Source of the DNA: Octopus bimaculoides
Taxonomy: Eukaryota
NCBI RefSeq assembly: GCF_001194135.2
Contig: NC_068995.1
Span: 23,543,634-23,582,068 of the forward strand
Length of the DNA: 38,435 nucleotides
Direction of reading: 5' to 3'
Shown here: in pieces, positions 1 to 11,544 of the stretch
Layout: every line of letters starts with the position of its first letter
How positions within the stretch are numbered: position 1 is the first letter of the stretch
Position numbers and translations under genes: made by a program
The notes under the pieces: model-generated
Told to the model about the DNA's origin: nothing
The model's input: only the letters and a program-made list of their open reading frames with translations
Databases searched by the model: none

Positions 1-341
1 ACCGCTTCGTAGTCTCTCAGTGTCTCGCCGACAAGCTCGATGTGCTTTTGGCTAGACACTATGACGGTGACGTCGTCCGCGTATGCCGACACCCTCGTCC
101 CGCATCCCAACTCTCGCGGGATGCCCCTCAGCGTCGCCAGCTTCCGCAGTAGTGGCTCGAGAGTCAACACGTACAGAAGCGACCAGAGGGGGTATCCCTG
201 ACGGACCGAACGTGCAATGTCGAAGGGTCTTGATAGATGCCCATTGACGCGAACTACCGAACGGATGCCTCTGTACAAGGCAGTCATCCAGTCGCGGAAA
301 ATGGGATCGAAGCCGGCCGGTATGAGGACAGCCTCCAAGTA
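1..341 (-). mobile_element. Tx1/L1-clade non-LTR retrotransposon, reverse transcriptase fragment (runs off window edge)
   Basis: Minus strand reads without stops YLEAVLIPAGFDPIFRDWMTALYRGIRSVVRVNGHLSRPFDIARSVRQGYPLWSLLYVLTLEPLLRKL...VSAYADDVTVIVSSQKHIELVGETLRDYEA; RQG-x-PL and YADD (72-83) RT motifs; GC-rich relative to flanks. Clade call from motif style (VRVNG, LEPLL). Confidence 0.85.
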
Positions 342-500
342 AGATATTATGGTCAACCCTATCGAACGATTTACTGAAGTCAAGCTATATGATATCAGAG
401 TTCGAACCTCTTCCCAAGGCTTTAAGTATGTCTTCAATGTGGTGTAAGAGCTGTGTTAGACAGTCCCTGCCCCAGCGAACACCATGCTGGTTTGCATTTT
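337..500 (-). mobile_element. CR1/L2/Jockey-group LINE reverse transcriptase fragment (degenerate)
   Basis: Minus strand: NANQHGVRWGRDCLTQLLHHIEDILKALGRGSNSDII*LDFSKSFDRVDHNILL, matching the QHGF-R / C-x-TQL / YLDFSKAFD-x-V-x-H-x-ILL pattern of CR1-group RTs; one stop. Confidence 0.75.
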
Positions 501-699
501 GGAATTTGTATATATGTAGATTCCTGCAGATCTGTTAGGCGATATTTCGTGGAGATTTTATGTAGCCATAGGTAGACTTTTTGATAATTCCAGAGTACTT
601 GTTTCGTGAGAAAGTGTAAAGTTGAAGAGCGCATTTTTTATTTTATATTATGGGAATAGTCTATGGTGCCGGAGGGTGAGGAACAGTTATTACTGATTT

Positions 700-1990
700 T
701 GGGGTATTTTATTGTTTTTCAAGACTTTTCTGCTTTCAAAAAGAGATTAGTTCGGAGTTTCGATTCAGGATTTAGGCCATGGATATTAGAATGCGGTAGG
801 ATTCATTTGTACAATGTTGACAGGGTTTATTATTACCTTGGTATGGTTGTGCGTGTGAGAATATATTCTCCTTGATGCTAAACAATATTTTTTTAAATTT
901 TAATTGTCGTATATGACTGGATAGTGATGCATCATTTAGCCTGTTTGGCTTACGAAAAGTGTACGTCTGTTGTTTGTATCGTGTCTTGAAGTGGTTTGCT
1001 ATAGAGCTACATATATGTATGAATTGGTTTGCTATAGATCAGCTTATATTTATGAACGGGTTTGCTATAGATGTATGTGTATGTATAAACCGATTTGCTA
1101 TAGATCTACATATATGTATGTAAATATTGTAGTTGGAGACATGTTTGTGGTTACCGTTGCGATTTATACGATATTTCTTGAAAGACATTTTCCTCCTAGA
1201 GGACAGTATGAAGGTATTCTAGAATAGCAATTCCAAATGTGTAAGTAGTTTAGGTTTAAATTTTACAGAGCCTTTGGAGGTTGTAGTCGACTACAGGTTT
1301 TTCAAATTTGTTGGTAGTGAAGTATGACAATTTTCCGTTGTTTGTTTATTAATCTGTAATACTTGTACTTGGGGTGGAAGTGCTTCTGCATTATTTTGAA
1401 AAATAATTTCGCTATTGATGTGGACACATGGATGTTGAAGTGGGGACTATACGAGATAATTTTCCTGTTTTTATTTTTACATATTTTATTTATTGTGCGA
1501 GGATTGCTGTTTGTTTATTGCATGTTTTCCTTGTAACCGCAACTACTGAGGGCTTCGTTATAAAGAGTTGCTATTTCGTTTAGCATTTCTCCATTTAAAG
1601 ATAAAGAGGAAAGTCAGAGATATATGTTCCTATTAATAATGTTCTTGTGATAATGTTTTTGGGATAGTTAGTTTGTTTATCTCTATACTGAATTTCTTCG
1701 TTATCTTTCTTGTATGGTTTATACATACTTGATTCCATGTTTACCTTAACATCTTGAAAGTAGACTGATTTTAGTTGTGTTTATGTTGTGATTGAGAAGC
1801 CCAAGTTGTTGAAGTGAAGCAGATGTTTCCTAAACATATCAGGTTTTGCGTATGTATTTTCTTCGTAGTAGTAGACCCTAAATGCAGCAATTGGGATGCA
1901 CAGAAATAATTTGTTGTGTAATTTTTCCAATATGTAAACAATTTTCTATATTAGCAAAGCCAGGACGTACCTTATTAATAACCTTACAAA
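700..1990 (-). mobile_element. Penelope-like element (PLE) relic: RT C-terminus/thumb, Cys-rich linker, GIY-YIG endonuclease
   Basis: Minus-strand pieces with stops/frameshifts: FNNLGFSITT*TQLKSVYFQDVKVNMESSMYKPYKKDNEEIQY..KQTNYPKNII; LYNEALSSCGY; RKIISYSPHFNIHV..IMQKHFHPK; NCYSRIPSYCPLGGKCLSRNIV*IATVTT; IANHFKTRYKQQTYTFRK...SLSSHIRQLK...PYQGNNKPCQHCTNE...ILNRNSELISF. Order and motifs match PLE RT-GIY-YIG ORFs. Boundaries approximate. Confidence 0.85.
993..1124. repeat. 4 x 33-bp tandem repeat inside the PLE endonuclease
   Basis: Unit starts G(G/A)TTTGCTATAGA at 993, 1026, 1059, 1092 (exact 33-bp period). Confidence 0.95.
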
Positions 1991-3158
1991 GGTAAAGAGG
2001 GAATAACCTTAGTAGAGAGCAGAAAAAACTCGATACATACAAGTCTTTCTCCTTGTCCATTTCCAGACTTTCCATTTACTGTATATCCAGGAACCATATA
2101 CAAAAAGAGCCGACAAATGGGAGTGTGAGTACTCACACGGCATACTAGGGATATTAACTAAACTTACATCAAATTATGACTTACCATAATGGTTAATGTA
2201 ATCCTAAATAAGTATTACTCCACCTGAAGACCATGTTGTACAGGAAATCTTCCGAAACATGCTGCTCGTACATATTTCATCACAGACGTGCATTGTGTAT
2301 TTGGTCCCTCTGTACTGGTAGGAAATCACTATGTTAACTTAGTCAAATTACTATAATAGAGAATCGAAACATCAGATATACATACACAAAAAACACACAC
2401 ACATATTTACGTATACATAGACACATATACATATGCAAACAATCATATATATATATATACATATTTGTGCGATCGTACGTGCGCGCGCGCGCGTGTGTAT
2501 AATGACAGACCGAAGCATGTAGTATTTAAGGACTTATTGATATCTGACTTTAGTGATACAAATCTGGAAATCTAATTTCCTTTTTGCCAGGAACACAGTG
2601 GAAATCTCCGTCAGCCAAATGACAACATATATATCCGAAATAGCTTGTTTCAACTTGAATGACTTGTTAGATCAAGCAAATATAATTCGGAATAAGTACA
2701 GAAAATAGAAAATAAACAGAATGATCAGCTTCTTCAATAAGGAAATATATAACAGTACATTTCTAGAATCATTCCATAACTTTTTTCACAAAATCCACTG
2801 TACAAAATACTTTATACAATGGCATGAGTTTTACTATTTTTCGCTCTTTTTCTATCTTAGTACAACGTTCTAGCTGAAAATAGATGACAAGCAATAACAT
2901 TAAAATGGGTGCATGTAAATATAATCACAGATGTAGATACGGATTATACATATGTATGTATGTGTGTATGTACGGACACACACATACACACACACACAAA
3001 CACTCACACACACAAATGTTTCCTCCTACAAACATGAAAATAGAACTAAAAGCATGAACATATGTACGTTTTTTATTAATAATCGACAGAAGTTACAGTC
3101 ACCCATGGACTGAAAGTCTCATGTGCTGAAACCGGTTGATAGCTCGCAAGGACATTCA

Positions 3159-3206
<48 letters not shown>

Positions 3207-3265
3207 NNNNNNNNNNNNNNNNNNNNNNNNNNNNNNNNNNNNNNNNNNNNNNNNNNNNNNNNNNN
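3207..3265. other. assembly gap
   Basis: Run of N after (TA)n. Confidence 1.
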
Positions 3266-3330
3266 TTCTGTCCGTTTGTTTGTCCAGCAGAATGAAAGTA
3301 AATGTCTCAGGGGAAGTTATTTATGCTTTT

Positions 3331-4570
3331 TCTATATATATAAAATCGAAACTCTGTCTCTTTCTTTCATCGGCAAAATGAAAGTACCTAGTTCAAGGGA
3401 AGCTATTATACTATTGCCTAATTTGTTTAAACGAAAATTATGCAATGGTACAACACTAATTGTGCACAGACGTATGAGGAACTGTAGTTCTACCAAATAT
3501 TCCCACTGATTGTGGTAAAGGTGAAACCGACTTCATTCCTCGCATACCAGTTATATCATCTAATGTTCCATTCTAATTTAAGCCGTTACAATTTCCTATC
3601 TCACTTTCTTTTGCCATGGGCATTAATAAAACTCAGGGCCAAACACTAAAAGTTGCTGGGTTGCAACTTGAAGAACCATGCTTTTCAACTTTATGTAGGA
3701 GCATTACGTGTGGGAGCAAAAGCAATTTTTTTTGCTTATGCAACGCGAAATAAAACTCTTTGGCCGTACGTCCTATTCAAGTGTCAAAAGAAACTGTGAC
3801 AAGTGAGTGTTCTATTTGACTTGTGGCCTTTTCAGCGCCATCTGCATTCCGTAAAGCTATTCTTCCATATGATATAGCTATGCTTCCACCTTCACTCAGG
3901 TTGAAACTGAATTTTTCAATTCTCCTTCTTCAATTATTACATGTTTTTAAGAAATATGCTTTCCACATGGCTAACTGTATGTAGGAGCATCACGTGTGGG
4001 ACCAGAGGCAAATCGTTTTACTAATGCACCCCGAAACAAAACAAAACATTGTTTATAAAGAAATATTCACTCTTAATGCAACATGAATACTCAAATAACG
4101 TAATTTGCCATTAGTATCACTACATTCAAGAATGACTAAATTACCTATTTAAATAAACAGTTTTATATACTTGCCTTTGCTGTATTGATAAATAAAATAA
4201 TACTTACAACTCATTTATTATTGTCATATAATAAAGAAACAGAAGTTCGTGAGTGAAATCCATATGTTTTCTACTTCAAGAGTAAATCTAAATCTGTAGT
4301 AGTAGTCTCACACTGGTTCAGATGCGAAACTTTATGTAGGTAGATCACTTATAGGAGCAAAAGCAAATCTGTTTTCTTATGCACCCCGAAATAAAGCAAA
4401 ATACATTGTTTATAAAGAAATTGATCCTTTTTTTACTTCAATTATTACATATTTCTCTATTATAAAAATATATACATACGGAGGAGTAAATTGTATATAC
4501 AATAATACTTTGAATGTGGCTCCCGAGAAACAATAAAGGTAATTACCCTCACAACGGGTATTACTTCTAG
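3331..4570 (+). mobile_element. Non-autonomous Helitron carrying the C-terminus of the PIF1-like helicase
   Basis: 3381-3760 translates (with frameshifts) to IILLPNLFKRKLCNGTTLIV..CGKGETDFIPRIPVISSNVPF*FKPLQFPISLSFAMGINKTQGQTLKVAGLQLEEPCFS..LYVG..RVG, the conserved Helitron helicase end. Putative 5' TCTATATATATAAAA at 3331; 3' imperfect hairpin GTAATTACCC..GGGTATTAC (4539-4563) followed by CTAG (4567-4570) then T. Confidence 0.85.
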
Positions 4571-4601
4571 TGTGTATGTATATATATATAAAGAGAGAGA
4601 A

Positions 4602-4672
<71 letters not shown>

Positions 4673-4673
4673 C

Positions 4674-4732
<59 letters not shown>

Positions 4733-4735
4733 GAC
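4571..4735. repeat. compound microsatellite (TG/TA/GA/GACA)
   Basis: Directly visible; begins immediately after the Helitron CTAG. Confidence 0.98.
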
Positions 4736-7329
4736 ATATAAATGCTCAACTGTTTGTCAATGTGAAGTGAAATTTCTGCAGAATCTAAAGAATATTGGCA
4801 TTGCACCCACGGAATTTAAAAAAACGAGTTGCCAATCATCTTCCTCCATTTAAATATATTCATTAACGTAATAGTGCAGATCTTAGTAATTTAATTTGGC
4901 ATCTCAAAAACTTAAAGAATGTAATAAACAATTTTCCTTCGATTGCAAAATTTTGTCAAGATGGTTTCTCTATGATGAAGGGAAATCGTTCTATTTAACT
5001 TTTTTTCCTAACACACAGTGGACAATTAACGTAGAAATAATGCGACAAATTGCTCATTCCGAAAGTGCTGATGCATTAAAAGGCAGTGGCTCTCAGGGCT
5101 TCTGATCTTACGTGGTCAGAAGTTTTAAAACGTTCAAGGAGACGAGGGACGTCACCTAAGCATTAGAACACTACCGAGGTGATGTAAGCATCTGCTATTT
5201 CTACCCCGACGTTTCAGAAATAGCGCCCTTTCAGCCCATTCCTAGGTGAGACTGGTCACTGTGACCATGACCTCTTGTCAGTTCCTATCCAACTGAAAAA
5301 TCTGGTCCTATCAAGACTCCAAAAACCTCCATGTACTTCATGCACCTAATATGCACTTTTCTGTCCAAGAGCTCAATTATATAATAAATTCCTCTTATTT
5401 TGTAGCATGCAAATTTTAGGATATGCCGTACCAATTTAACGAAGAATAGCACTTTTATTTTAAATAACCACCTCAGGATACAATTTCTTTCCGTTAATAT
5501 ATAGCCAGTGCAAACGAAAAACTTAATGTAGCTTTTAAAGTTCTTTGTATTCTTTGATGTGTAATGGTTATATAACTTTTTGAATGTTCTTCAAAGAGAT
5601 GTGGGCTATTATAACTCCAAGAGAGGCAGCGTGAATACAGAGCTCCTGTAGTATTCAGAACCATGTAACTTTAAGGGGTCCGTTTATTTCTTAATAGCTG
5701 AGATAGATCGAGCAGATGTGCGTCTTCGCAGGATTAGAGTGTTGGTGATTTCATTCGTAATACTGGAATAGGTAATCTAGACCTGATATGAGAAACGCTT
5801 TTGATGCTTCAAGCTTACTTTCATGGGCTGCTGCAGAAGTTGACAGCGCAGATGAACCACTCAGGTTTTTGGCCAGTTGGTTGGATATTGGGATAGATGT
5901 TATGTGATAGACTCACCACCACATTACCTTGACGTACGTATACCTGTTTCCTCGCTAGCGACTTTACATGATTTGAATTACAAAGATGTACCCATATTTC
6001 AGGAGGTCTCCAATGAACTCTGTAAGCGCCTGGGATTTTGTCAACTGCAAAATCTATTCCAGAGGAGACGGGGATTCAAAGTGACAAAGTGCAATTCACA
6101 ACCATCTTCTCATAATTTTCTCTTTGACAGTTTGACAATTTTAAGCAATTTTATTTTGTCCGAGTTTACAATTTCTTGATACAACTTTATATAAAACTAT
6201 GTTAGTCATGATTTTCTCCTATACTTTCCACCAAGAGCATTTGGATAAACCATATCAGCATTTGAAACAAATGACCTGTTTATATTTACAATAAATTCTG
6301 CATTTTACCTGTCATGTTACAAACATTTGTTTGGTTTTTTATGTGATCAACTTTTGTATTGAAATCAGTCAATCCGAGTTCGTTACGGCATGAAGCACTT
6401 CCACTGTTTGCACAGTATACAGCAAAGCTTATGATTATTTTTCATAATGCTTCGAACGTTAGCAACGAGAAATTCAAACAGTCGAATTTATATATCTACA
6501 TTAAATTCATTTATCAACATTAAAATGCAACAGATTGTGAACGATAAAATGGAGATGTTCAAGTAAACGACGTTTGTATAATTACATAAACTGAATTCAG
6601 TTTGTTGTGACAGAAGAATCATATCAATGCAATACTCAAATGAATTACTTTCTTCAGTAACCCGTGTTCCTTTCATTTACGTCATAGCGTGTATTTCTTT
6701 TGAATAATTTGGACAAAATGTTCATAAAACAGTTTTTATTTCAGACATTAACAATGATGGGCGTCATTCCATCGGTTGCTTTGTCTGTTTCACTATTATA
6801 TCCAGCTTGTCACTTGCTCTTTCTAATTCATGTCATTTTTATCATTGACTGATTATCGCTTTTCATTGACAATAAATTATCATTAATAGAAAGCATATAT
6901 CATTGGGAAATCGGATATCTAATGATTAAGTTTCTAAAATGTGATCAATGAGTTTCAAAAGTTCTTTAATATTCGATTATTTCAACCTCACAGACCCTTT
7001 GGAATATATGCAAAGGAAATTGATTAGAAATGAGACATTGATATGAAAGTAGGGAAAAAATAAAACTTAATTGAATCTTGCACTTCAGCGAATGATCGTA
7101 CTGAATTTTTGTGAGGTTCCACCTGAAATCTGAATCATAATGTTTAAACCGGGAATGCATAAACATATATTTATGTGTATGTGTGCGTGTGCAAGCATAC
7201 ATACATGAATTTGTCCGGACGGCCGAAATTTCCTCTGACCTTCCAAAGCCCCTCACGACTGAGTGTCAAAAATCTTGGTTTGGTGTTTTAACGTCTTGTT
7301 CTTTTCCTGGCACTTCTCTTGAAGCTGGC

Positions 7330-7611
7330 GTGGGTCAAATATGATGTCGAATGTTTAACACAACTCACCTCCCTGAAGCTACATTGACTACCTGGGAAAC
7401 GAAAGTCCAAGACCGCCGTGCCTGGCGAAGTTGGATCAATAGAGGTGCTCCCTCCTACGAACAATATAGGATTGAAGGGGCACAAAGAAAGCCAGATTTA
7501 CACAAGTTCAGAGCTAGCTCCTTGCCTTTAGTCCAAACGGACCACCAGAACTCGACCTTCGGCAGAACCTTCAGGGTACGCATCGGGCTGTATGTTTTTG
7601 GTCATCGTTAA
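7330..7611 (+). mobile_element. RTE-clade LINE 3' end of ORF (degenerate)
   Basis: TWETKVQDRRAWRSWINRGAPSYEQYRIEGAQRK...FGRTFRVRIGL matches the typical RTE C-terminus (WE..A.DR..WR..I..G....E..R....RK....C..CGR.F..RIGL..H), cysteines lost. Confidence 0.8.
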
Positions 7612-7631
7612 CAACAACGGACAAACTGGAA

Positions 7632-7700
7632 GTAATTCTTTCTGCTATAGCCACAAGGTCTGACATTTGTGGGGAGGGGTAATTGCCCTTTGTCAATGCA
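7632..7700 (-). mobile_element. SINE 3' tail fragment
   Basis: Minus strand TACCCCTCCCCACAAATGTCAGACCTTGTGGCTATAGCAGAAAG resembles a cephalopod SINE tail as I recall it; no in-window second copy. Confidence 0.4.
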
Positions 7701-7829
7701 GCGTAGCTGTTTTCGCCAGAATTCACCATTCGAATACATACAGTGATCGGAAAGAGAAATATTATTATTTCTAAATCTCTCAAAGAGAGACATTCAGTAA
7801 CAGTTCACTAAAGGAGGGCATTTGCCAAC

Positions 7830-7942
7830 NNNNNNNNNNNNNNNNNNNNNNNNNNNNNNNNNNNNNNNNNNNNNNNNNNNNNNNNNNNNNNNNNNNNNNN
7901 NNNNNNNNNNNNNNNNNNNNNNNNNNNNNNNNNNNNNNNNNN
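7830..7942. other. assembly gap
   Basis: Run of N followed by (TA)n/(CA)n. Confidence 1.
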
Positions 7943-7997
<55 letters not shown>

Positions 7998-8439
7998 AAC
8001 ACGCACACGCACGCACACATACACAAGCACACACATACACACACACACACACACATGTTGTTTCACTTGAAGATTGTATTTGTAGCGTGTTAATTATTTA
8101 GTTGCTTTGTTCTGAAAACACTAACTTATCCAGATTGTCACTAAGACGTTTACTCACAAAAGCAAGTGCATCATTTGTTATCGGTATGGATGTTTAATAT
8201 TAATCTGGATATAGAAGCTGGAAGTTACGAAGCAGTTTTCCCTATATGTATGTATATATATGTAAGTGTGTCCTTGTGAGTAGTAATGTATGCGTGTGTA
8301 TTTTATGTGTACGTCGATGTACTTGTCTATGAGTGGATAGTAGCACATGTGTAATAGTGTGTGCTTAACCTCCGCAGCAGATTTAGTGTCTTGTAGCATA
8401 TTAGGAATCCACCTTTGTGTATATTCCTCCTATTATATA

Positions 8440-8468
8440 TGTAATAAATGTATATGTATATATATATA

Positions 8469-8547
<79 letters not shown>

Positions 8548-8645
8548 GTATATATGTATGTACATATATATATGTGTATATACATACCTACATACATACA
8601 TACATACATGCATACGAACTCACACACATACATACACGTGTGTGT
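8440..8645. repeat. compound microsatellite (TA)n/(TACA)n/(CA)n
   Basis: Directly visible. Confidence 0.97.
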
Positions 8646-10694
8646 GTATAAGAGCAACCGCACATAAAGAGCAACCAAGTACTGATCTTATTACACACCA
8701 GGAACCTTGACTTGAATATGTATTTGATACAAAATTTGATAATATAAAATAAGCTAACGTAGATGACAGCGGTTTAGATACTGCTAATGAATATCAAAGG
8801 ATCTGGATCGATTTATCGTCTTTTAAGGACTTCATTTCGTTGTTAGGCGATTTGCCTAACTATTTAAAGCTCATATCAGTTTACTCTGCAGTTCGTGATT
8901 CGCGAGATTAGATGATAAACCAATATTTACAATACTTTAATAAATCGTGACAATATTAACGGACCTTTCGACTTTTATCTATGAGAGTAACATCCGATGT
9001 TCTAGCGTGTTTGAGTCCATTATTTTACGACCACACTTGTAATTCAATGATGAATGTTTCTGGAATATTGTACTTTATCCTGAATATATGATTTTATTAT
9101 TTACAGCTTTTGGGAAACATAATGAGATAAATTGTGCTGTTTCAGACCTGCTAGATAAAGGATATATATAAGTTGTGTTACAATTTTAATATTACATATT
9201 CTAGTAACTCAAAGCCTACTAACAAAAGAAAATATATTTGAAATATACATGAATTATGGGATATTTATATACATGATACAAGTCTTATACACCATAATCT
9301 ATTTCTAAATAAAGGAAAAAGCTGTCATCTTTATCACTTGGTTTTCCTTGTTCACACAATCCAAAATTATGAATTAGATCAAAACTCATTTCACCACATT
9401 AATTATTCTGTTTATTTATATTAAATAACAATGGAATGATACATGTTATTATGGACATTAAGTAATTAACTTCTTTGAACTGTATAGCAGGTTATAAGTA
9501 CATTTTACCAGTAATACATTTATTTATTCCGTTACCAGCGCTCTACAATGCCATATACAGCTGACCATTTATTATGTAAAAGCTTTCTCCATTATAGAAT
9601 ACATGTAGAAAATGCCGTAAAAAGATTTTATTATCAAATATTAGATTAATGTAATATCAGCCAATGTTCGTTCATTCATCATCTACATATAAAAGTTTAT
9701 TTTCCAGAAATGTAGAAGAGTATAAGATAAAATACGAGCAGCAAACTTGGTTAATATCTATCTCAGTCGAATACGTGCATTTCCAGAGAAGATAAAGATG
9801 TTAATACAAAGAAAACATATACGCATATAGATCGATCTGAATGCCGAGTTAATATCCTGATAGTTAATCCTGTCTTCTGGGTGTCTGTATTATATCTCTT
9901 ACCTAATGTTATTGCTAAAAAAATAAAATACAATGTGCTCGATTTTAAAATGATTAACCAGATTACGAGAAAAAATCATGCCTTTGGGTCAAAATTTATA
10001 CAAACCAGAAATTAGTACAAAAAATATAATGAAATATATACGATACTAGGAAATATAATGTAATGTATCAAATTGCGTGCTGTCTAAACAAACTATACAT
10101 TACTTTCTTTCCTAAAGCTATAGATACAAGATTTAAATTCCATTACTTCTTCAATACAGTTTAAAGAAAACACACAACATTCAAATGTTTACACACAGGG
10201 ATACACACATATGCACAGGCACATGTATATATTCATGTATGCTTTACATATACGTGTGTATTATATATGTATCTGTATGCATGTATAAGCAGATAAACGT
10301 ATATACTTATATATGCACATAGATATACAGAAACATATATACATACACGCGCATTGACAAAATCGAACATATATAACATACAAACATATATGTATAGGTG
10401 TCAGTAAATATATACGCGTACGCGCGTGTGAATTTGTGTGTCTATGTAAGTCGACCAATTGCATTCAAGTTCATTCGTGAATAAGTTGTCGGAATCACAT
10501 AATCAATAGGACGAGGAGTGAATAATGTTTGCAAACAAATGTGTGAAGAAAGGTAGTACTAACTACAACCATGGAATCTGTATACGGATTGGGAGAGTGC
10601 GTACAAATATTTATGTGTGTGCATGTGTGTGTGTGTGTACATGCATATCTATAGATGTATCTATATATACATGTTTATATATGCATGTGCATTA

Positions 10695-10734
<40 letters not shown>

Positions 10735-10736
<2 letters not shown>

Positions 10737-10811
10737 TTTAATGATCTGAAAATAAACAAAAATTAACCAATATTAACTAGAAAAAAAAATATTCCAAAAT
10801 GATTCAAAAGT
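10735..10811 (-). mobile_element. mariner 5' non-coding fragment (inverted copy of ~12995-13071)
   Basis: ATTTTAATGATCTGAAAATAAACAAAAATTAAC...CTAGAAAAAAAAA..TTCCAAAATGATTCAAAA is the reverse complement of the leader upstream of the transposase ATG at 13070; truncated at the ATG by a (TA) tract and at the other end by a gap. Confidence 0.8.
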
Positions 10812-10812
10812 A

Positions 10813-11418
10813 NNNNNNNNNNNNNNNNNNNNNNNNNNNNNNNNNNNNNNNNNNNNNNNNNNNNNNNNNNNNNNNNNNNNNNNNNNNNNNNNNNNNNNNN
10901 NNNNNNNNNNNNNNNNNNNNNNNNNNNNNNNNNNNNNNNNNNNNNNNNNNNNNNNNNNNNNNNNNNNNNNNNNNNNNNNNNNNNNNNNNNNNNNNNNNNN
11001 NNNNNNNNNNNNNNNNNNNNNNNNNNNNNNNNNNNNNNNNNNNNNNNNNNNNNNNNNNNNNNNNNNNNNNNNNNNNNNNNNNNNNNNNNNNNNNNNNNNN
11101 NNNNNNNNNNNNNNNNNNNNNNNNNNNNNNNNNNNNNNNNNNNNNNNNNNNNNNNNNNNNNNNNNNNNNNNNNNNNNNNNNNNNNNNNNNNNNNNNNNNN
11201 NNNNNNNNNNNNNNNNNNNNNNNNNNNNNNNNNNNNNNNNNNNNNNNNNNNNNNNNNNNNNNNNNNNNNNNNNNNNNNNNNNNNNNNNNNNNNNNNNNNN
11301 NNNNNNNNNNNNNNNNNNNNNNNNNNNNNNNNNNNNNNNNNNNNNNNNNNNNNNNNNNNNNNNNNNNNNNNNNNNNNNNNNNNNNNNNNNNNNNNNNNNN
11401 NNNNNNNNNNNNNNNNNN
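10813..11418. other. assembly gap
   Basis: Run of N. Confidence 1.
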
Positions 11419-11544
11419 TTTAAACCGGTTGCTGTCTTTCCCCAGCAAACTCTCTTCTTTGGAGGCATAATCTATGTATATATTAAACAGAACAACAAAA
11501 GTTATAATAGATGGCAGGGTTGGTACTTTTCACATATCTGTAAT

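Noticed and set aside
993-1124. 33-bp repeats as a CRISPR array
   Set aside because: Units are contiguous with no spacers, lie in a PLE ORF, no cas genes, eukaryotic context.
2224-2260. CTGAAGA...CGAAAC as a PLE hammerhead ribozyme
   Set aside because: Stem II does not pair between the core boxes, and the motif is on the opposite strand to the PLE.
2589-2710. Plus-strand terminal-exon-like frame NTVEISVSQMTTYISEIACFNLNDLLDQANIIRNKYRK*
   Set aside because: No recognisable homology; a similar-length open frame exists on the minus strand; ~40-codon frames occur by chance in this much sequence.
5190-5330. GHCDHDLLSVPI as an APE endonuclease SDH motif; also a hammerhead-like string on the minus strand
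   Set aside because: Single weak motif, no upstream APE blocks, hammerhead core non-canonical.
5877-6179. 100-aa plus-strand ORF and minus-strand frames (WRPPEIW; ITNTLILRRRT just downstream, suggestive of a Cys-loop/chemotactile receptor pre-TM1)
   Set aside because: No Cys-loop or TM segments follow; motifs are in different frames with stops.
6437-6472. FLVANVRSIMKN resembling the start of a LINE APE domain
   Set aside because: No downstream ETW/GDFN/SDH motifs.
8347-8710. Poly-YI, poly-VC, poly-HT, poly-ER and poly-L ORFs throughout the window
   Set aside because: Translations of microsatellites.
8752-9173. GPCR TM1-TM2-like broken frames and a short acceptor-bounded frame (FGKHNEINCAVSDLLDKGYI*)
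   Set aside because: Conserved GN and LAxxD residues absent; too short to support.
10773-11470. Long ORFs crossing N-gaps (also 7780-8070, 16420-17180, 19639-20284, 30962-31589)
   Set aside because: Artefacts of translating N runs.
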